NCBI RefSeq assembly: GCF_009914755.1
Contig: NC_060929.1
Direction: 5' to 3' (one strand)
Length of the DNA: 64,000 nucleotides
Source of the DNA: the human T2T-CHM13v2.0 reference genome, Homo sapiens
This document shows positions 11,830-24,787 of the stretch, piece by piece. A program made the position numbers and the translations under genes. Numbering within the stretch: the stretch's first letter is position 1; every line of letters begins with the position of its first letter. The notes below the pieces were generated by a model. That model was not told the origin of the DNA. It saw only the letters and a program-made list of their open reading frames with translations, and ran no database searches.

Positions 11830-11980
11830 CTCCATTTTTGTCATTTATAAAGTATGGAAAATCATGCTTAATTCATGGAGTTGTTGAAAGGAACAAATGA
11901 AATAATATTTATAAAGTGCTTACCTTGGTGAGTGCAGCATACAGTAAAATTTAAATAATAAAAGCTGCCTTATTATTACT
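11830..11980 (+). mobile_element. MIR remnant
   Basis: catggagttgttgaaaggaacaaatgaaataatatttataaagtgctta. Confidence 0.55.
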
Positions 11981-12237
11981 TATAAGGAGGTGAGAATGGT
12001 CATCAATGTGTCATCCTTAACAGACATCAAGAAAGATAACCCTAAAAATAGATGAGGTAAATATCTCAGTCACGAGAATCTAAGAGACCTTGTAAAGAGC
12101 AGTTTCTGTGAAGAGGCAATTGATGTTGGGAGAGTTGAGGGCTGTTTTGGAAAGTGCCAAGAGCATATTGGAAGGGAAGCAAGAGAAAGGGGAGAGTGAA
12201 GATAAATGAAAGTATAAATCATGCTGTTCTCTCTCTT

Positions 12238-12686
12238 TGGTAGGAGAAATAATAACTCCTAAAAGATGCTCATATCCCAGTCTCTGGAACCTGTGAATTG
12301 ACAAAAGGGATTCTGCAGAGGTGATTAAGTTAAGAACCTTAAACTGGAGAAAGTATCCTGGAGTGTTCAGGTGGGCCCAATATAATCACAAGAAACCTTA
12401 TAGGAGGAAGGCACGAGGGTCAGAGTCAAAGAAGGAAATGTGATGACAGAAGTAGACATCGAGTGATGCAGCTGTGAACAAAACACTGTGAACATTCTCT
12501 AGATGTTGGAAAAGAGAAAGAACAGAGCTGACAGAGCCTCTAGAAGGAATGTAGCTTGGCTAACTCTTTGTTAGCTGCATAAAATCCATTTTGGGCTTTT
12601 GACCTCCAGAATCATTAAAAAGTTTTGTTTTTTAAGCCACTAAATCTGTGATAATTTGTCACAGCAACAGTAGGAAACAGATGTAC
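12238..12686 (+). mobile_element. MLT1C/D-type solo LTR
   Basis: ggaacctgtgaat, gtgattaagttaag, gggcccaatataatcacaag, taagccactaaatctgtgataatttgtcacagcaacagtaggaaac. Confidence 0.8.
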
Positions 12687-14838
12687 CGGAGTACCTTGAG
12701 AGTTGCTGGGCAGTGAGACCCAGAGTCCAGGTTAAGGGATCAGACATGGCTTAGATGGGCACCTCAGACACCCCTATTTGGTAAGCAGTTGCCCAGATCA
12801 TTTCTAAGAGGCTGATCAGCATGGCTGTGATTAAAGCCCATGCCTGACCATGGGGTGTGCTCAATTAATATATCCTGACTGCCTTAATAATTCAGAGAAT
12901 GTTAAGTTTTTATTATATTTTGATCTCACTTCTATCTTTCTAACCTCGTCGGTTACTCATATAAGAGCTCCAAATGTTAAAGGTTGTTTATTTCCTCTGG
13001 AAATGTTTTTACTGATTGTAAAACAGTACATTAAAGTTGATAAAATTCAGTTCATTTCTACAGAAGAACTAACTCAAACAAACCTGGTCTCATTTCTCTC
13101 TCCCTTGAATGAAAAGTTGACCTGCACAATTCAATCTCCATTGAGATGAATTAGAAATTAGAGGCGTTCTATGCAGGTTTAAGCAGCTCCGGGATTTGTC
13201 ATTACATTTTTACAAATTTCCTTAGTGGGAGCTAACAATAAAGATTAAAAGCAATAAACCTGCAAAGTACATATTGGAGCTAGATTTGAAAGGACACAAC
13301 AAGCTCTTGCTCACAAAGAAAAGTCCCTGAGGCTGAGCGTTCTGGTCTTCTGTGTATTCATTTCTTGCTCCCACTGACATCCTTTGAAAGCAGCAACCAT
13401 GTAGTTTAATTTGACATTCAAAGACTACACTGTTAACCAGGCAGTCCACTGTGGTAAAGTCAAAATGCATGTGAAATTCCTTCTAGGAGTGGAAGAAGGC
13501 TCTGGAATTCTTGTCATTCTTCAGCTTCTACCTTTCCTTCCTTGAAACTTACAATTTGCACTTAGTTACATCATGTCCTTCCTTTCCACTACCCTCGGGG
13601 ACACCTTACTCATTGACTCAAAGAGTGCTTTTAGAGACCACTTCTATCTCTAAATAATAGTGCGTTTGGATCATCCCTTCTCCCACAGACACGTTATCCT
13701 GTATAAAATAACGTTTTAGTGACAATGCATATCTCTCATCTTCCTTCCTCTCCTGACTTACTCTTTTCTTCATTCTTTGTTTATACCTGTCTCCCATCAG
13801 TGAGACTCGGAATGTGACATTAATCTTGACTAGAAATTTAATCAGATTTTTTAGAAGAGTGTAGCAGTGCCCTCAAAATGGAAGAGGGGGTATGAAAAGT
13901 AAACATTAAACAAACAAAAAACATGGAAAATTATTTTAAATATTGTAACCAGATGATCATGAACTACACCTTTTCACGACTCCTTAGCTAGTCTTATCAC
14001 CATTTAGGATTGCACTGTAGATTTCCATAGTAACTCTCCTTAATTGTTGTTATGTCAGTGTAGTTGTTATCACATCTGCCAAAAAAGACTGGTCATTTTC
14101 TCAGGAGGAGAAGAAAATAACAATATCCATGGAGGATCCAAGGAAAGTGAATTATTTATGGCCTTGCCACCTAACTACATCCTGAAGCATTCCCTACCAG
14201 TTGTACAGGCACGGTTACTTATTAATAATGAGTTAATTTGTTAATTTCAGAACCAAAATAAACTATTTTAGGCTACTAAGTCACTCTGCAAAAATACATA
14301 ATGTCCCATGAGCCCAGGTAAATATGGCTTACAGTGTTGGCTTTTATTGGGCCATCTGCAAAGGGGCAGAAGTGATATATAGCATTTAGGATACTTTCTT
14401 ATGGTAGAGAGGTACTTTAAGGTGCAGGTATGTGTCCTCTCCCCACAAACATACATATGTGTTATCCTCCAATCTTAGAAGATTTTCCAGTAATTACTAT
14501 TACAGGCATACCTTGAAGATATCATGGGTTCAGTTCCAGACCACACAATAAAGTGAATATTGCAATAAGGTGAGTCTCAAAGATTTTTTGGGTTCCCAGT
14601 GCATATAAAAGTGATGTTTACACTATAGTTTATTAAGTGTGAAATAGCATTATATCTTACAAAACAATGTACATACCTTAATTTAAAATTCTGTATTGCT
14701 AGAATCTGCTAAAAATCATCTGAGCCTTCAGCAAGTTGTAAGCTTTTTGCTAGAGGAGGGCCTTGCCTTCACGTTGGTGGCTGTGGGTGGCTGTTAATTG
14801 ATCAGGTTGGTGGTAGCAGACAGTTGGGGTGTCTGTGA

Positions 14839-15876
14839 CTATTTCTTAAAATAAGACAACGAAGTTTGCTGTATCAATTGACTTTTCCTTTCACAAAACG
14901 TTTCTCTGTAGCATGTGATGATGTTTGAGAACATTTTACCGACAGCAGAAATTCTTTCCAAGTTGGAGTCAATCCTCTCTAACTCCATTGATGCTTTATC
15001 AACTAAGTTTATATAATATTCTAAATCCATTGTTGTCATTTCAACAATGTTCAGGCATCTTCTCCATGCGTAGATTCACCTCAAAAAACTACTTTCTTTG
15101 CTCATCCATAAGAAGCAATACTTCATCCATTAAAGTTTTATCACAGGATTGTAGCAATTCAGTCATATCTTGGGGCTCCATGTCTAATTCTAGTTCTGTT
15201 GCTCTTTCCACTGTTTCTGCAGGTACTTCCTCCACTGAAGTCTTGAACCCCTCACAGTCATCCATGAAGGTTGTAATCAACTTCTTTCAAACTCCTGCTA
15301 ATGTTGATATTTTGACCTCCTCCCATGAATCAGGAATGCTTTTAATGGCATCCAGAATAGTGAATCCTTTCACGAAGGTTTTCAATCTACTTTGCCCAGA
15401 TCCATCAGAGGAATCACCATCCATGGCAGTTATAGCCTTACGAAATGTGTTTCTTAAAAAGTAAGACTTGAAATTCGAAATTGCTCCTTGATTAATGGTT
15501 TATAGATGGACGTTATGTGAGCAGGCATGAAAACAATATTAATTTTCTTGTACATCTCTGTTAGAGTTCTTGAGTGACTAGGTGCATTGTCAACGAGTAG
15601 TAATATTTTGAAAGCAATCTCTTTTCTGAGCAGTAGTTCTCATCAGCAGGCTTAAAATATTCAGTAAACCATGCTGTTAACAGATGTGCTGTCATACAGG
15701 CTTTGCTATTCCATTTATAGAGCCCAGGCAGAGTAGATTTAGCATAATTCTTAAGGGCCTTAGCATTTTTGGAATGGTAAATGAGCATTGGCTTCAACTT
15801 AAAGTCACCAGCTGCATTGGCCCTTAACAAAGGAGTCAACCTGTCCTTTGAAGCTTTGAAATAAGTTATTGACTAT

Positions 15877-15928
<52 letters not shown>

Positions 15929-16550
15929 TCTTCTTCTTCTTTCTTCTTTCTTCTTTCTTCTTTCTTCTAGCTAGGAAGGTCCTAGTTGGCATCTTTTTCA
16001 AATAGATGGCTGTTTGAAATCTGTTGTTTCATGTGGCCACCTTTATTAATAATCTTAGCTACATGTTTTGGATAACTTGCTGCAGCTTTTACATCAGCAC
16101 TTGTTGCTTTACCATGCACTTTTATGTTATAGAGCCAGCTTCTTTCCTTAAACCTCATGAACCAACATCTGCTAGTTCCAAACTTTTCTTCTGAAGCTTC
16201 CTCACCTTTCTCAGCTTTCATAGAATTGAACAGAGTTAGGTTCTTGCTCTGAATTATGCTTTTGCCTAAGGGAATGTTCGGGCTGAGTTGATCTTCTATC
16301 CAGACCACTCAAATTTTCTCCATATCAGCAATAAGGCTGTTTTGCGTTCTTATTGTTGACGTGTTCAGTGGAGTTTCCTGAATTTCCTTCAAGAACTTTT
16401 TCTTTGCATTCACAAGTTTGCTATCTGTTTGGCCCAAGAGGTCTGTCTTTCAGACTATCTTGGCTTTCAAAATATGCCTTCCTCACTAAGCGTAATCATT
16501 TCTAGCTTTTGATTTAAAGTGAGAGACATGTGACTCTTTCACTTGACCAT
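14839..16550 (-). pseudogene. Tigger1 transposase remnant (CENP-B-type HTH plus DDE domain), disrupted
   Basis: ORF fragments [41 protein letters not shown] and DDCEGFKTSVEEV, in different frames. Confidence 0.88.
15877..15967 (+). repeat. Compound microsatellite (TAC)16(TTC)5(TTTCTTC)4
   Basis: Counted directly in the sequence. Confidence 0.95.
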
Positions 16551-17344
16551 TTAGAGATCATTGTAGGGTTATTAATTGTCTTAATTTCAATATTGTCATG
16601 TCTAAGGAAATAAGTAGGCCTGAAGAGAGGGGAAAGATGAGGGAATGTCTAGTTGGTGAAGCAGTCAGAACATACACAGCATTTGTCAATTAAGTGTGCC
16701 ATTTTATATGGTCGTGGTACATGGCAGCACAAAACAATTACAGTAGCATCTTCAAAGATCACTAATTACAGATCACCATAACAGATATAATAATGATGAG
16801 AAATTTAAAATATTGCAAGAATTATCAAAATGTGACACAGAGACAAAGTGAGCACATGCTGTTGGAAAAATGACACTGATAGACTTGCTCAAGGCAGTCT
16901 ATCACCAATCTTTAATTTGTTAAATGCAATATCTGAGAAGAGCAATAAAACGAAGTGCAATAAAAAGAGGTATCCTGTCTTTGGCTCAAGTATATAGATA
17001 AAAGCTCTATTCATAACAGCTTCAGAACTTCCTGGCATCTAAGATGAAATATTTTTAAACAAACCTTGGTTACTCTCTATATGTTTGAAAATGATGGTAA
17101 GGCATAAAGCATAGCAAAAGATTCCATAAAATAAAACAGACTAGAGCTTTCCAATGGCATATTTTTCAAAAGCTTCAGTTGGTAAGGTTGGACTAGAAAG
17201 AAACAGGAATTTGTGTTTAATATACTTTCCTCTGCTTTCATTATATGGTCATAACAGAAAAATGCCTATTGGTTATTGGTGAGATTTGGAGCTCATGTGC
17301 CTCAATAACATCACCCTATCTATATGTTTTAGAGTAGAAGGTTC

Positions 17345-18110
17345 TCTGTCACTTGACAAATACAAATGTTTTTTGAGCCCCTGCTTACAGGTGGTAGAGA
17401 GCACAGCAGGGCACGTGTCTTTGATCTGCAAACAAACCAGTTCAGAGCGATGCCTCCTCTATGGACCCCCACACCCCAGGATGCACTATTCCTGTGCCTT
17501 AATCATCCCAGGGCCAGGCAACAGAGGATCGCCCCTATAGCCCAAAGCTCATCACAATTATTCAAGCCAGCCAGTCTTAAATTGCTCACCCTGCCCTGCC
17601 TTGCCATTCCCTCAGAAACTTCGATAGAAACAGTAGCCTAAACCTTCCCTTTGCACCTGTCTTCTGCTTCCTGACCACCTTGGTGTCTTTCTCATATGGC
17701 CCTGTGTGGTGTGCTGTGCCTCCTGTCTCTAGGACCTGTGAGTAGAATAAATTTTGTTTTCCTGAGCTTCTTTTATGTCTCCTCTTGTGGCCATAGCTGC
17801 CTGACCATCTCATAAAAGAATACACAAAACAACCCCCTTGGCTTTGAGCCAGGCACTGCCCTAGCCCCTGCAAAGAGAGCAGTGAACAGATAAATGAAGT
17901 CCCTGTAATCATGGAACTAGTGGTGGGAAACAGACTGTCAACCAATGAATAAATATATCATGTGACAGGTGATGAGAGGTGTTATAAAGAAAAAGAAAGC
18001 AGGATAAAGAGGATAGATACTAACAGGAGTGGGTTTATGTTAAGTAGAGAGGTCAAAAGAAGTCCTCTCCAAGGAGGTGACATTTAACATTTAAGCAGAG
18101 TCTTAAAAGA
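17345..18110 (-). mobile_element. L2 3' remnant, interrupted by an ERVL LTR
   Basis: caaatgttttttgagcccctgct...gagccaggcactgccctag...gtccctgtaatcatggaact...aggaggtgacattt. Confidence 0.6.
17385..17831 (+). mobile_element. MER74/MER54-like ERVL solo LTR
   Basis: cccctatagcccaaagc..attattcaagccagcc..ctcaccctgccctgccttgcc; ends ctgaccatctcataaaagaatacacaaaaca. Confidence 0.65.
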
Positions 18111-19579
18111 AATGGCTTTTTAGTATTGCTAAATGCTCTCAGACTCCGGCACCACTTTCAGTAAATCTGAAGATGAAACAAACATCTGCCAGATGAAAGA
18201 AGAAAGAGGGTAAAGACAGGAAACTTGAGTGATAAATCCACACCGATCCAATTCAGGGACTAATTTATGTTTCTAAAGCATGTTGAGAAAAAAGTTAAAA
18301 AGAAATCCCTACCCTGGGGCTCTTTGATGAATCACCAGTAGCTAATTGTTGCAGAGCATCCCACAGGCATGACATATCATTTGAAATCTGGGTGAATTTC
18401 AGAAGAGAAATGTTACTGCATTTTAAACAATACCATTAGCCAATCTGATTTCACTTACTGGTATGCACTTTGTTCCAGCCATCTAGTCTAACGATGAATT
18501 GCCCGATGGTTCTATTGTCAAAATGACAGCGTGAAAAGAGAAGCATGTGGGTTGTAATAATAATGTGGTACATGTGTAGAAGGTCAGAGAAGCAACAGAT
18601 TAACATTCCAGCTAAAGATTTCCCCTGGGACATCTCTTGAAAGTATCAAAGGCCAAAGATCAGGACACTGATAATGTGTCTGGCATTGGTGGTGAAATTG
18701 TTGTATGTATTTAGCTCTGCTGAGGACAGAGCTGTGTTCCTTTCAATTAGTTGATGAAATCTCTCCTGAACAACGAAGAAGCCAACCACAGGAACTGGCT
18801 TCAATACAGCTGAATGAATGGAAATGAGGTTGTGTGAAAATATGAATTGCTTACTTCAGATTAATGAAATAAAATGGAACCCATTCCCTTGGGAATCTGA
18901 CTAAATAATTCCCCATCCTGGAGACTTAAGCCTAATATACAGAGCATGGCATTCTTTTACTGAATTTTAAAACAAATTCTGACACTCACAACATTTCTGA
19001 AAGGTGAATTTCAGATTATCAAGTAAAGGAGTCCCGTGTTCCTAACTGCAATCAATGCAGAGGAAAAGAGGTTAGGATCTGGGTGGTGAGGGACTCAGAC
19101 AGGGACCTGGGCTTGAAACCTAATTCCATAACTTATCTGTGGAACATTAAACCTCTTTTTCCTTATTTTTAGAATAAAGAAAATACACATAGCCTAAACA
19201 TTCGTAGGGCAGATTTTAAAATACCATTTTTATGAAACATGTAATAAGTTTGCAATAAATGGGAGCTAGGCGTGAATTTTACGTTTGCTCTGTGGCTTCC
19301 CTTGATATCCCTACAGCCGCATCTCTCCCTGCCATGGTGGATAAACTCTGATGACTCAGTACACATCAAGACGAAATGGCATTTTGCTTACAGTTCTAAA
19401 TATAAGCACCCTTTAAGAAGGAAGATGGATTCCTTTGTTTAAAACTTCATTTATATGTTTACTAATAAAAATGGAGACCTAAAAAACTAGGGAGATGTTT
19501 ATTGGGAAGTATCAGGAAATAAGTAAAATACAAGTGATTTGCAAAGTATAAAGGAACGATCACAGTAGTAAATTGGGAA

Positions 19580-19800
19580 GCAGTATGCCTAATGGGTAAA
19601 GCGTAGTCTCTGGATACAGGGCGTGGGTTTAAATTTCAGCTGCACTACTTCTAGCTGTGTAACTTCTAACAGGCTATTTAACCTCTCTGGTCTTGGAATC
19701 TTTAGCTATAAAATGGGCAAATAATAGCACTCACACCTTAGTTGATGTGAGGATTAACTGAATTTGCAAAGAACTTAATGCATGTGATTCTTGATTACTT
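19580..19800 (+). mobile_element. MIR
   Basis: gggtttaaatttcagctgcactacttctagctgtgtaact..tatttaacctctctg..tataaaatggg..gatgtgaggattaactga. Confidence 0.75.
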
Positions 19801-22205
19801 GAATTGTCATAAATGTAATTCCAAGCTTGGAAGTGTTTTAAGGAAACTTAATAATGTTTTTCAGATGGAAACTTTAATTGTGGTTTATAATTTTATTACT
19901 AATGTGGGTGGTTTTGTTATGATTTTTTTGCTCTGTAGTTTTATTTCTTTGGTTAAACAGAAGCTTCATTCATAAATATCAGTAAGGTAGATTTAGACTG
20001 AGCTGACTTGACTTTGAACCATTTTGAGGAAGCAGTTTGTTCTCTTCTCAACAAGATCTCACATTTTTATCCGTGGAGACTATCAGAGCAGATCCCTGAA
20101 ACATAGCCCCTACCAACCCCTCGTGAGAGCCACAATTTACCATTCCATTCTCAATTCCCTCCTTCAACACAAACCGGGAGGCCCTGAGAAGATAGCCCTG
20201 TCAAAACAGTTTATGACTTGAGGAGGCCAAAGAAAGTTCCATGAAGATATAATATTTCAGTGTGAGATGTATAAATCTTCTTCAAAAAAATCTGGCCTCT
20301 TTTATGACTCGGATAGCCAATGTTTGGGTAAGATGTTTGAAACCAATGAAGTATACAGCCTTGGGCAGAGCTCCTAATCTTTTTTAGGTTCCTCGACAAT
20401 GGTGTCAACTTCTCCTTTGCTCTTGACAATTATCACCTGATAGTCTTTGAATCAACAATAAAATAGAAATAGAAGAGATAGTCTGACCTGGACCTTAAGA
20501 GGAGGCTGTAGAGGGCTTACAATGATTACCTGAGGAAGATGTAGGCTGATGGGCACTAAAGCAAGGGATTAATAGATTCAATAGCTGCTTGATGAATTTC
20601 TCTGAAAAGAGAAGCCTGAAGGACATTGGCGAAAAGAAATGGGAGAAAACATAAATGGCTGTGAGAAAAAGCCAAATGGCCTTTTCCTGTTTCCTAAGAG
20701 ACTGAATCTCCTGAGCTGTACAATGTGCTGTTTCTTATAAAAGCTTCTGGAAATGCACTTTCTTACCAAAATTCAAAGCAGGGCCACAAATCATTTATAG
20801 GAGACAAAAAAACAATAAGTAGTGTCAGCACAGAGGAATATATTTTACTTTGCTCTGCCATGGGAATGATGGTGGGTTGTGATGAGTGGAATATAAAATA
20901 ACGTAAGTTGCCTGTTGACAACAGAGTTTGAAATTATAAAATGTAAAACCAATATATTTTCTGCACACTATGAAACAGCTGGGGTATTTTTATGGCTTCT
21001 AGCGGGATACCATGCCATCTCTCAAAACCCTATAATTCTGTAAGCACATTAAGTGCATCCTGTTATTTATTTTGTTTGTTTATTTGGCTTCAAGGATTTC
21101 ACAGGAGAATATAGCACAGAATGAAATGTAAAGAAAGTGATCAACACTGAATTGTGTTGTCTTCAAGAATGTTCAGTCCAAGCTCGATTGTAGGGTAGCT
21201 TGAACGTTATGTTCAATGTGCCAGTATACCTGGGCAGAATGCCATCTTTTTCCTGTAGGAGGAAAATAAAATGCCTCAATCAAAAATGCTACAGGAATGT
21301 TTCCTCCCATGGTCTATCCAGAATCTAAGTATAAAAATTAAGTCTTTTATGAGGTTGACAGCAGTGGAGTTCAAATAAGATCTCTTTAAATGACAGATGG
21401 TGATAAGCAAGTCAAACACTTCTTAGATGGTGGTTTATGTGCTAGACATTAAAGATGTTGTAACTGTTGACCCATATTAATGCAGTGCTCTGACAAAGGC
21501 AGGCAGCAAAACTCTGTGCCGAGTCTCCTACCCTAAGCAATAATTAATTTTATTGTCTTCATTTTGGTTGCTTAATTTAAACCCTGTGTGTGTCAATCAA
21601 TCAGTATAAAATACCATGATTGTGTTAAATGATTTGGCTGTTACATTTGTTGGATTTTTATGTTTTACTCAAATATCACATTTTCAATTATTATTTATGG
21701 GCTAAACTCCTGTGATGTAGAATTGGCTGGAAATGTGTTGGGACTTTGGCAGCGCAAGTAGTTAGTGATCTGAAGTGCATATGCGCCTGCCAATGAACAG
21801 AGGGTCGGGAGGGGAGCTGGGGTGGATACCAGACAAATTCTCTGCTTGGAGATGGAGAGAGCCATCTTATCCTGAGACAGATTCCTGCTGCATGAAAGGA
21901 GCAGAGAATCTCTATAAATGTGCTCTCCCTGTTAGAGGCAGAGGCCTTTTCTTTCCTTTGCAGGCTCAGGAATTTTGTGAGGGTACGCATCACCCTTCAC
22001 ACAGCAGTTTGTTAGCTGTCAGCAGTGCCTAACACAACAAAATTCCAAGGCAGGGGTATGGGGATGTGTCATACAGAAGTGCCCAGTTGTTTGAGTTGAA
22101 AAAAGAGGAAACATCAGATATTGCTTTTTCAAACAAAGACCCAGTTTCATGCTTAACACCTAAAAGATAACTTGGTTTTCTGTTCTCAGGATTGAAAAGA
22201 AAAGC

Positions 22206-22206
<1 letters not shown>

Positions 22207-22236
<30 letters not shown>
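22207..22236 (+). repeat. Poly(A)30 tract
   Basis: 30 consecutive A counted. Confidence 0.95.
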
Positions 22237-22238
<2 letters not shown>

Positions 22239-23304
22239 CAAAATCTTTGTTCCTTTGAAGTAAGAGCAAGCTATGTGAAATGAATTTTAACCAGGTTCTG
22301 CCAATATCTATCAGCACCCAGCATTTCATATTGCAGATAATAAGAGTCTGGAGAAAATGACAGGTGAGAGAAAGGAAAATCTGGAGGCAAGTGCCAGCGT
22401 TTTCAGTATCCAGGTCAGACAAGGGTTTAGAAGGCCTTTTGGGATGAGTGTGTGACTGAAGCTGGCGAGGGTGAGTGCCTGTTTCCCAAGTTGTGGAATT
22501 CTTTTTAAATGAAAAGTACATTAAACCAAGAATTTAGAGGGGGTGGTCAATTTTCCTTTTTAATAGGCTCACTGTAAGAAAAATAAATGCTATTGATGCA
22601 GAGAGGACTTAATCATAAATGAATGAACTATGTATCTCATTATTCTTGGCAGTAATTAAATATCATTTATTAATAAAGTTCATAAAGACCTTTTCCCTAG
22701 GAAAGACAAAGAACTTATGATTACTTTTCACTTAGACAAAGAAAGATGCCAAGTTTTATGAATGAAAAAGATGACATGTCTTCCAAAAGGCAAGACGTTA
22801 TGACTCTGTTTAAGTGACGTCTGCAAAGAGAATAGGCAGTGTTTGAAAAATAAGCAGTACCATAGCTATGCAGGATTTGTGAAGGTTTAGGGCTAGGTAC
22901 CCTTCTTAAAGTAATGTTTTCGGATTGCATTATGAAATAGAGAATTTTGAAAGAACGTGAAAGGCATATGCCTTAACTACAACTGGTGGAAATTTAAAAA
23001 GAGAGCTTGAGATTTAGTTGTTAATATCAATAGCTGCTCCTTGGAAACTGAAAAAAGAAGTTAAAAAGCCAGAAGCAAGTTCAATGAATATCTCTAATAT
23101 AAGGCTTTTTTTCTGGGTATGTTCCTCACTAAGGGAAACAAGGGTTAGAAATCATATTGTACTGAGATTTATAGCCTGTACATTAACCTTTTGTATTTCC
23201 CTATGGTTTATCTTTTTAAAAATCCTGTTTCTTTTGTTTGGAGTGTTTTTTCTTAGAGTTAGTGGTGCAGAGATAAAATCGAGTAAATTTAGATAAGGGA
23301 AAGA

Positions 23305-23460
23305 AAGGTGATGTGGTGAAAAGAGCACCAGAGTGCATGAGAAGATCGAAGTGCAAACCGAAACACTAATTCACCACATGACATTGAGCAGTGGGATTAG
23401 TTTCCCTGGGCCTCTCTTCCTCATCTACAGTAGCAGGCTTTTGCATCATCCTTCTCTAAG
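23305..23460 (+). mobile_element. MIR/MIR3 remnant
   Basis: gtgatgtggtgaaaagagcacc..ccctgggcctctcttcctcatctacag. Confidence 0.55.
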
Positions 23461-24396
23461 ACTCTTTTTAGGCCTGTCATCCTGCAATCCAAACATTCTC
23501 CATATTACCCCAAGGGCAAAATCATCAATGGTGTATGTATAACCTAGGGTGGGTTTTTAATATCACATACACAGGGTGATAATAATTTTAATTGCATTTT
23601 GTGGTGCTACCTATTAATCTTGAAACAGAACTTCCATGTGTTAAGGCAACCATGGAGAATACAACAGCTTAGAAAATAATTACTGTGCAAGAAAACTTCA
23701 ATTTATTTTAAAATTTTATGTTAATCTCACATAAAGCAAAAGGGTACTAAACTGAGGTTTAGCATTTTTGGGTCTAGGTTTTGCTCTCTCAGGCTCTAGG
23801 CAAAGCTTTTGCTTTTCATTAGTTCCAAGTTAAAAGAGGATTTTGGTAAAATGATTTCTTAGATGACTTTATAGTTTCCTTTTCTTGATATCCTGAGAGC
23901 ATGTGAAGTGTAATAGAAAAATCTGGTATTTTCAGTCAATGATACAGGGACATGAATCACAGCTCTACAATCCATTACTGTGTGATGTTAGACAGGTTGG
24001 TTCTCTGAACCCTTATTAGATTTCAGAATTTTTCCAGGCATAAGAATGCATGTAAGGTGCCAGGAGATATATGTAATTGGAATTTAGGGAATATTCATGA
24101 TTATTATGGAGACTTCCCTGATTTCCCTTTGACACTGGCTTGTGGATCTACAGTAATGTTTATGGTTTATATACAATAATCTGTCTGAAAATTATCATCT
24201 TAATGTTCATCATATAGAAAAAGCCCTCTGCTCTGTATGTTAACATCTGAGTTTAAGTTGAAACTCTTATCAAATCCTTCCTGGACTTTAAAGTCTTGGG
24301 AGATGGCTCCTGCAACCTTGCTCTGCAAAGAGCAAAGCCTGAGATACTGAAACTTGTACAAAGCAAACCCAAGGGACATAGCTCCACCTTGCCAGA

Positions 24397-24787
24397 TGTC
24401 TTAGTGTTTTTTACACTGCTAAAACAGAATACCACAGACCACAGGTAATTTAGAAGAAAATAAGTTTATTTCTCACAGTTTTGGAGGCCAGAAAGTCCAA
24501 GGTCAAGGGGTTGGCATCTAGTGAGGGCCTTTGTGCTGCATCATTCCATGGAGGAAGGCAGAGGACAAGAGAGTGCCCATGTGAGAGAGGAAGGGGCCTG
24601 AACTCATCCTTTCATCAGGAACTCACTCCCTCAATAACTAACTAATTCCTGTGATAATGGCATTAATCCATCCATGAGGGTAGAGCTCTCATGACCTAAT
24701 CACCTTTTAAAGATCTCACCTTTCAGTTGCATTTGAGGATTAAGTTCCTAGCACATGAACTTTGGGAGACACATTCAAACCAGAGCA
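24397..24787 (-). mobile_element. MSTC/MSTD-type solo LTR
   Basis: tgtcttagt..ttatttctcacagttttggaggccagaaagtccaaggtcaagg..catgaactttgggagacacattcaaaccagagca. Confidence 0.85.

Larger units (their letters stand above)
14503..16977 (-). mobile_element. Full-length Tigger1 DNA transposon (pogo family)
   Basis: TIRs caggcatacct (preceded by TA) and aggtatcctg; ~2.47 kb long; contains transposase fragments. Confidence 0.93.

Noticed and set aside
14925-15464. 179-aa plus-strand ORF
   Set aside because: Antisense frame of the Tigger1 transposase
14503-16977. Possible domesticated TIGD-like gene
   Set aside because: The transposase is broken by multiple frameshifts, stops and a microsatellite
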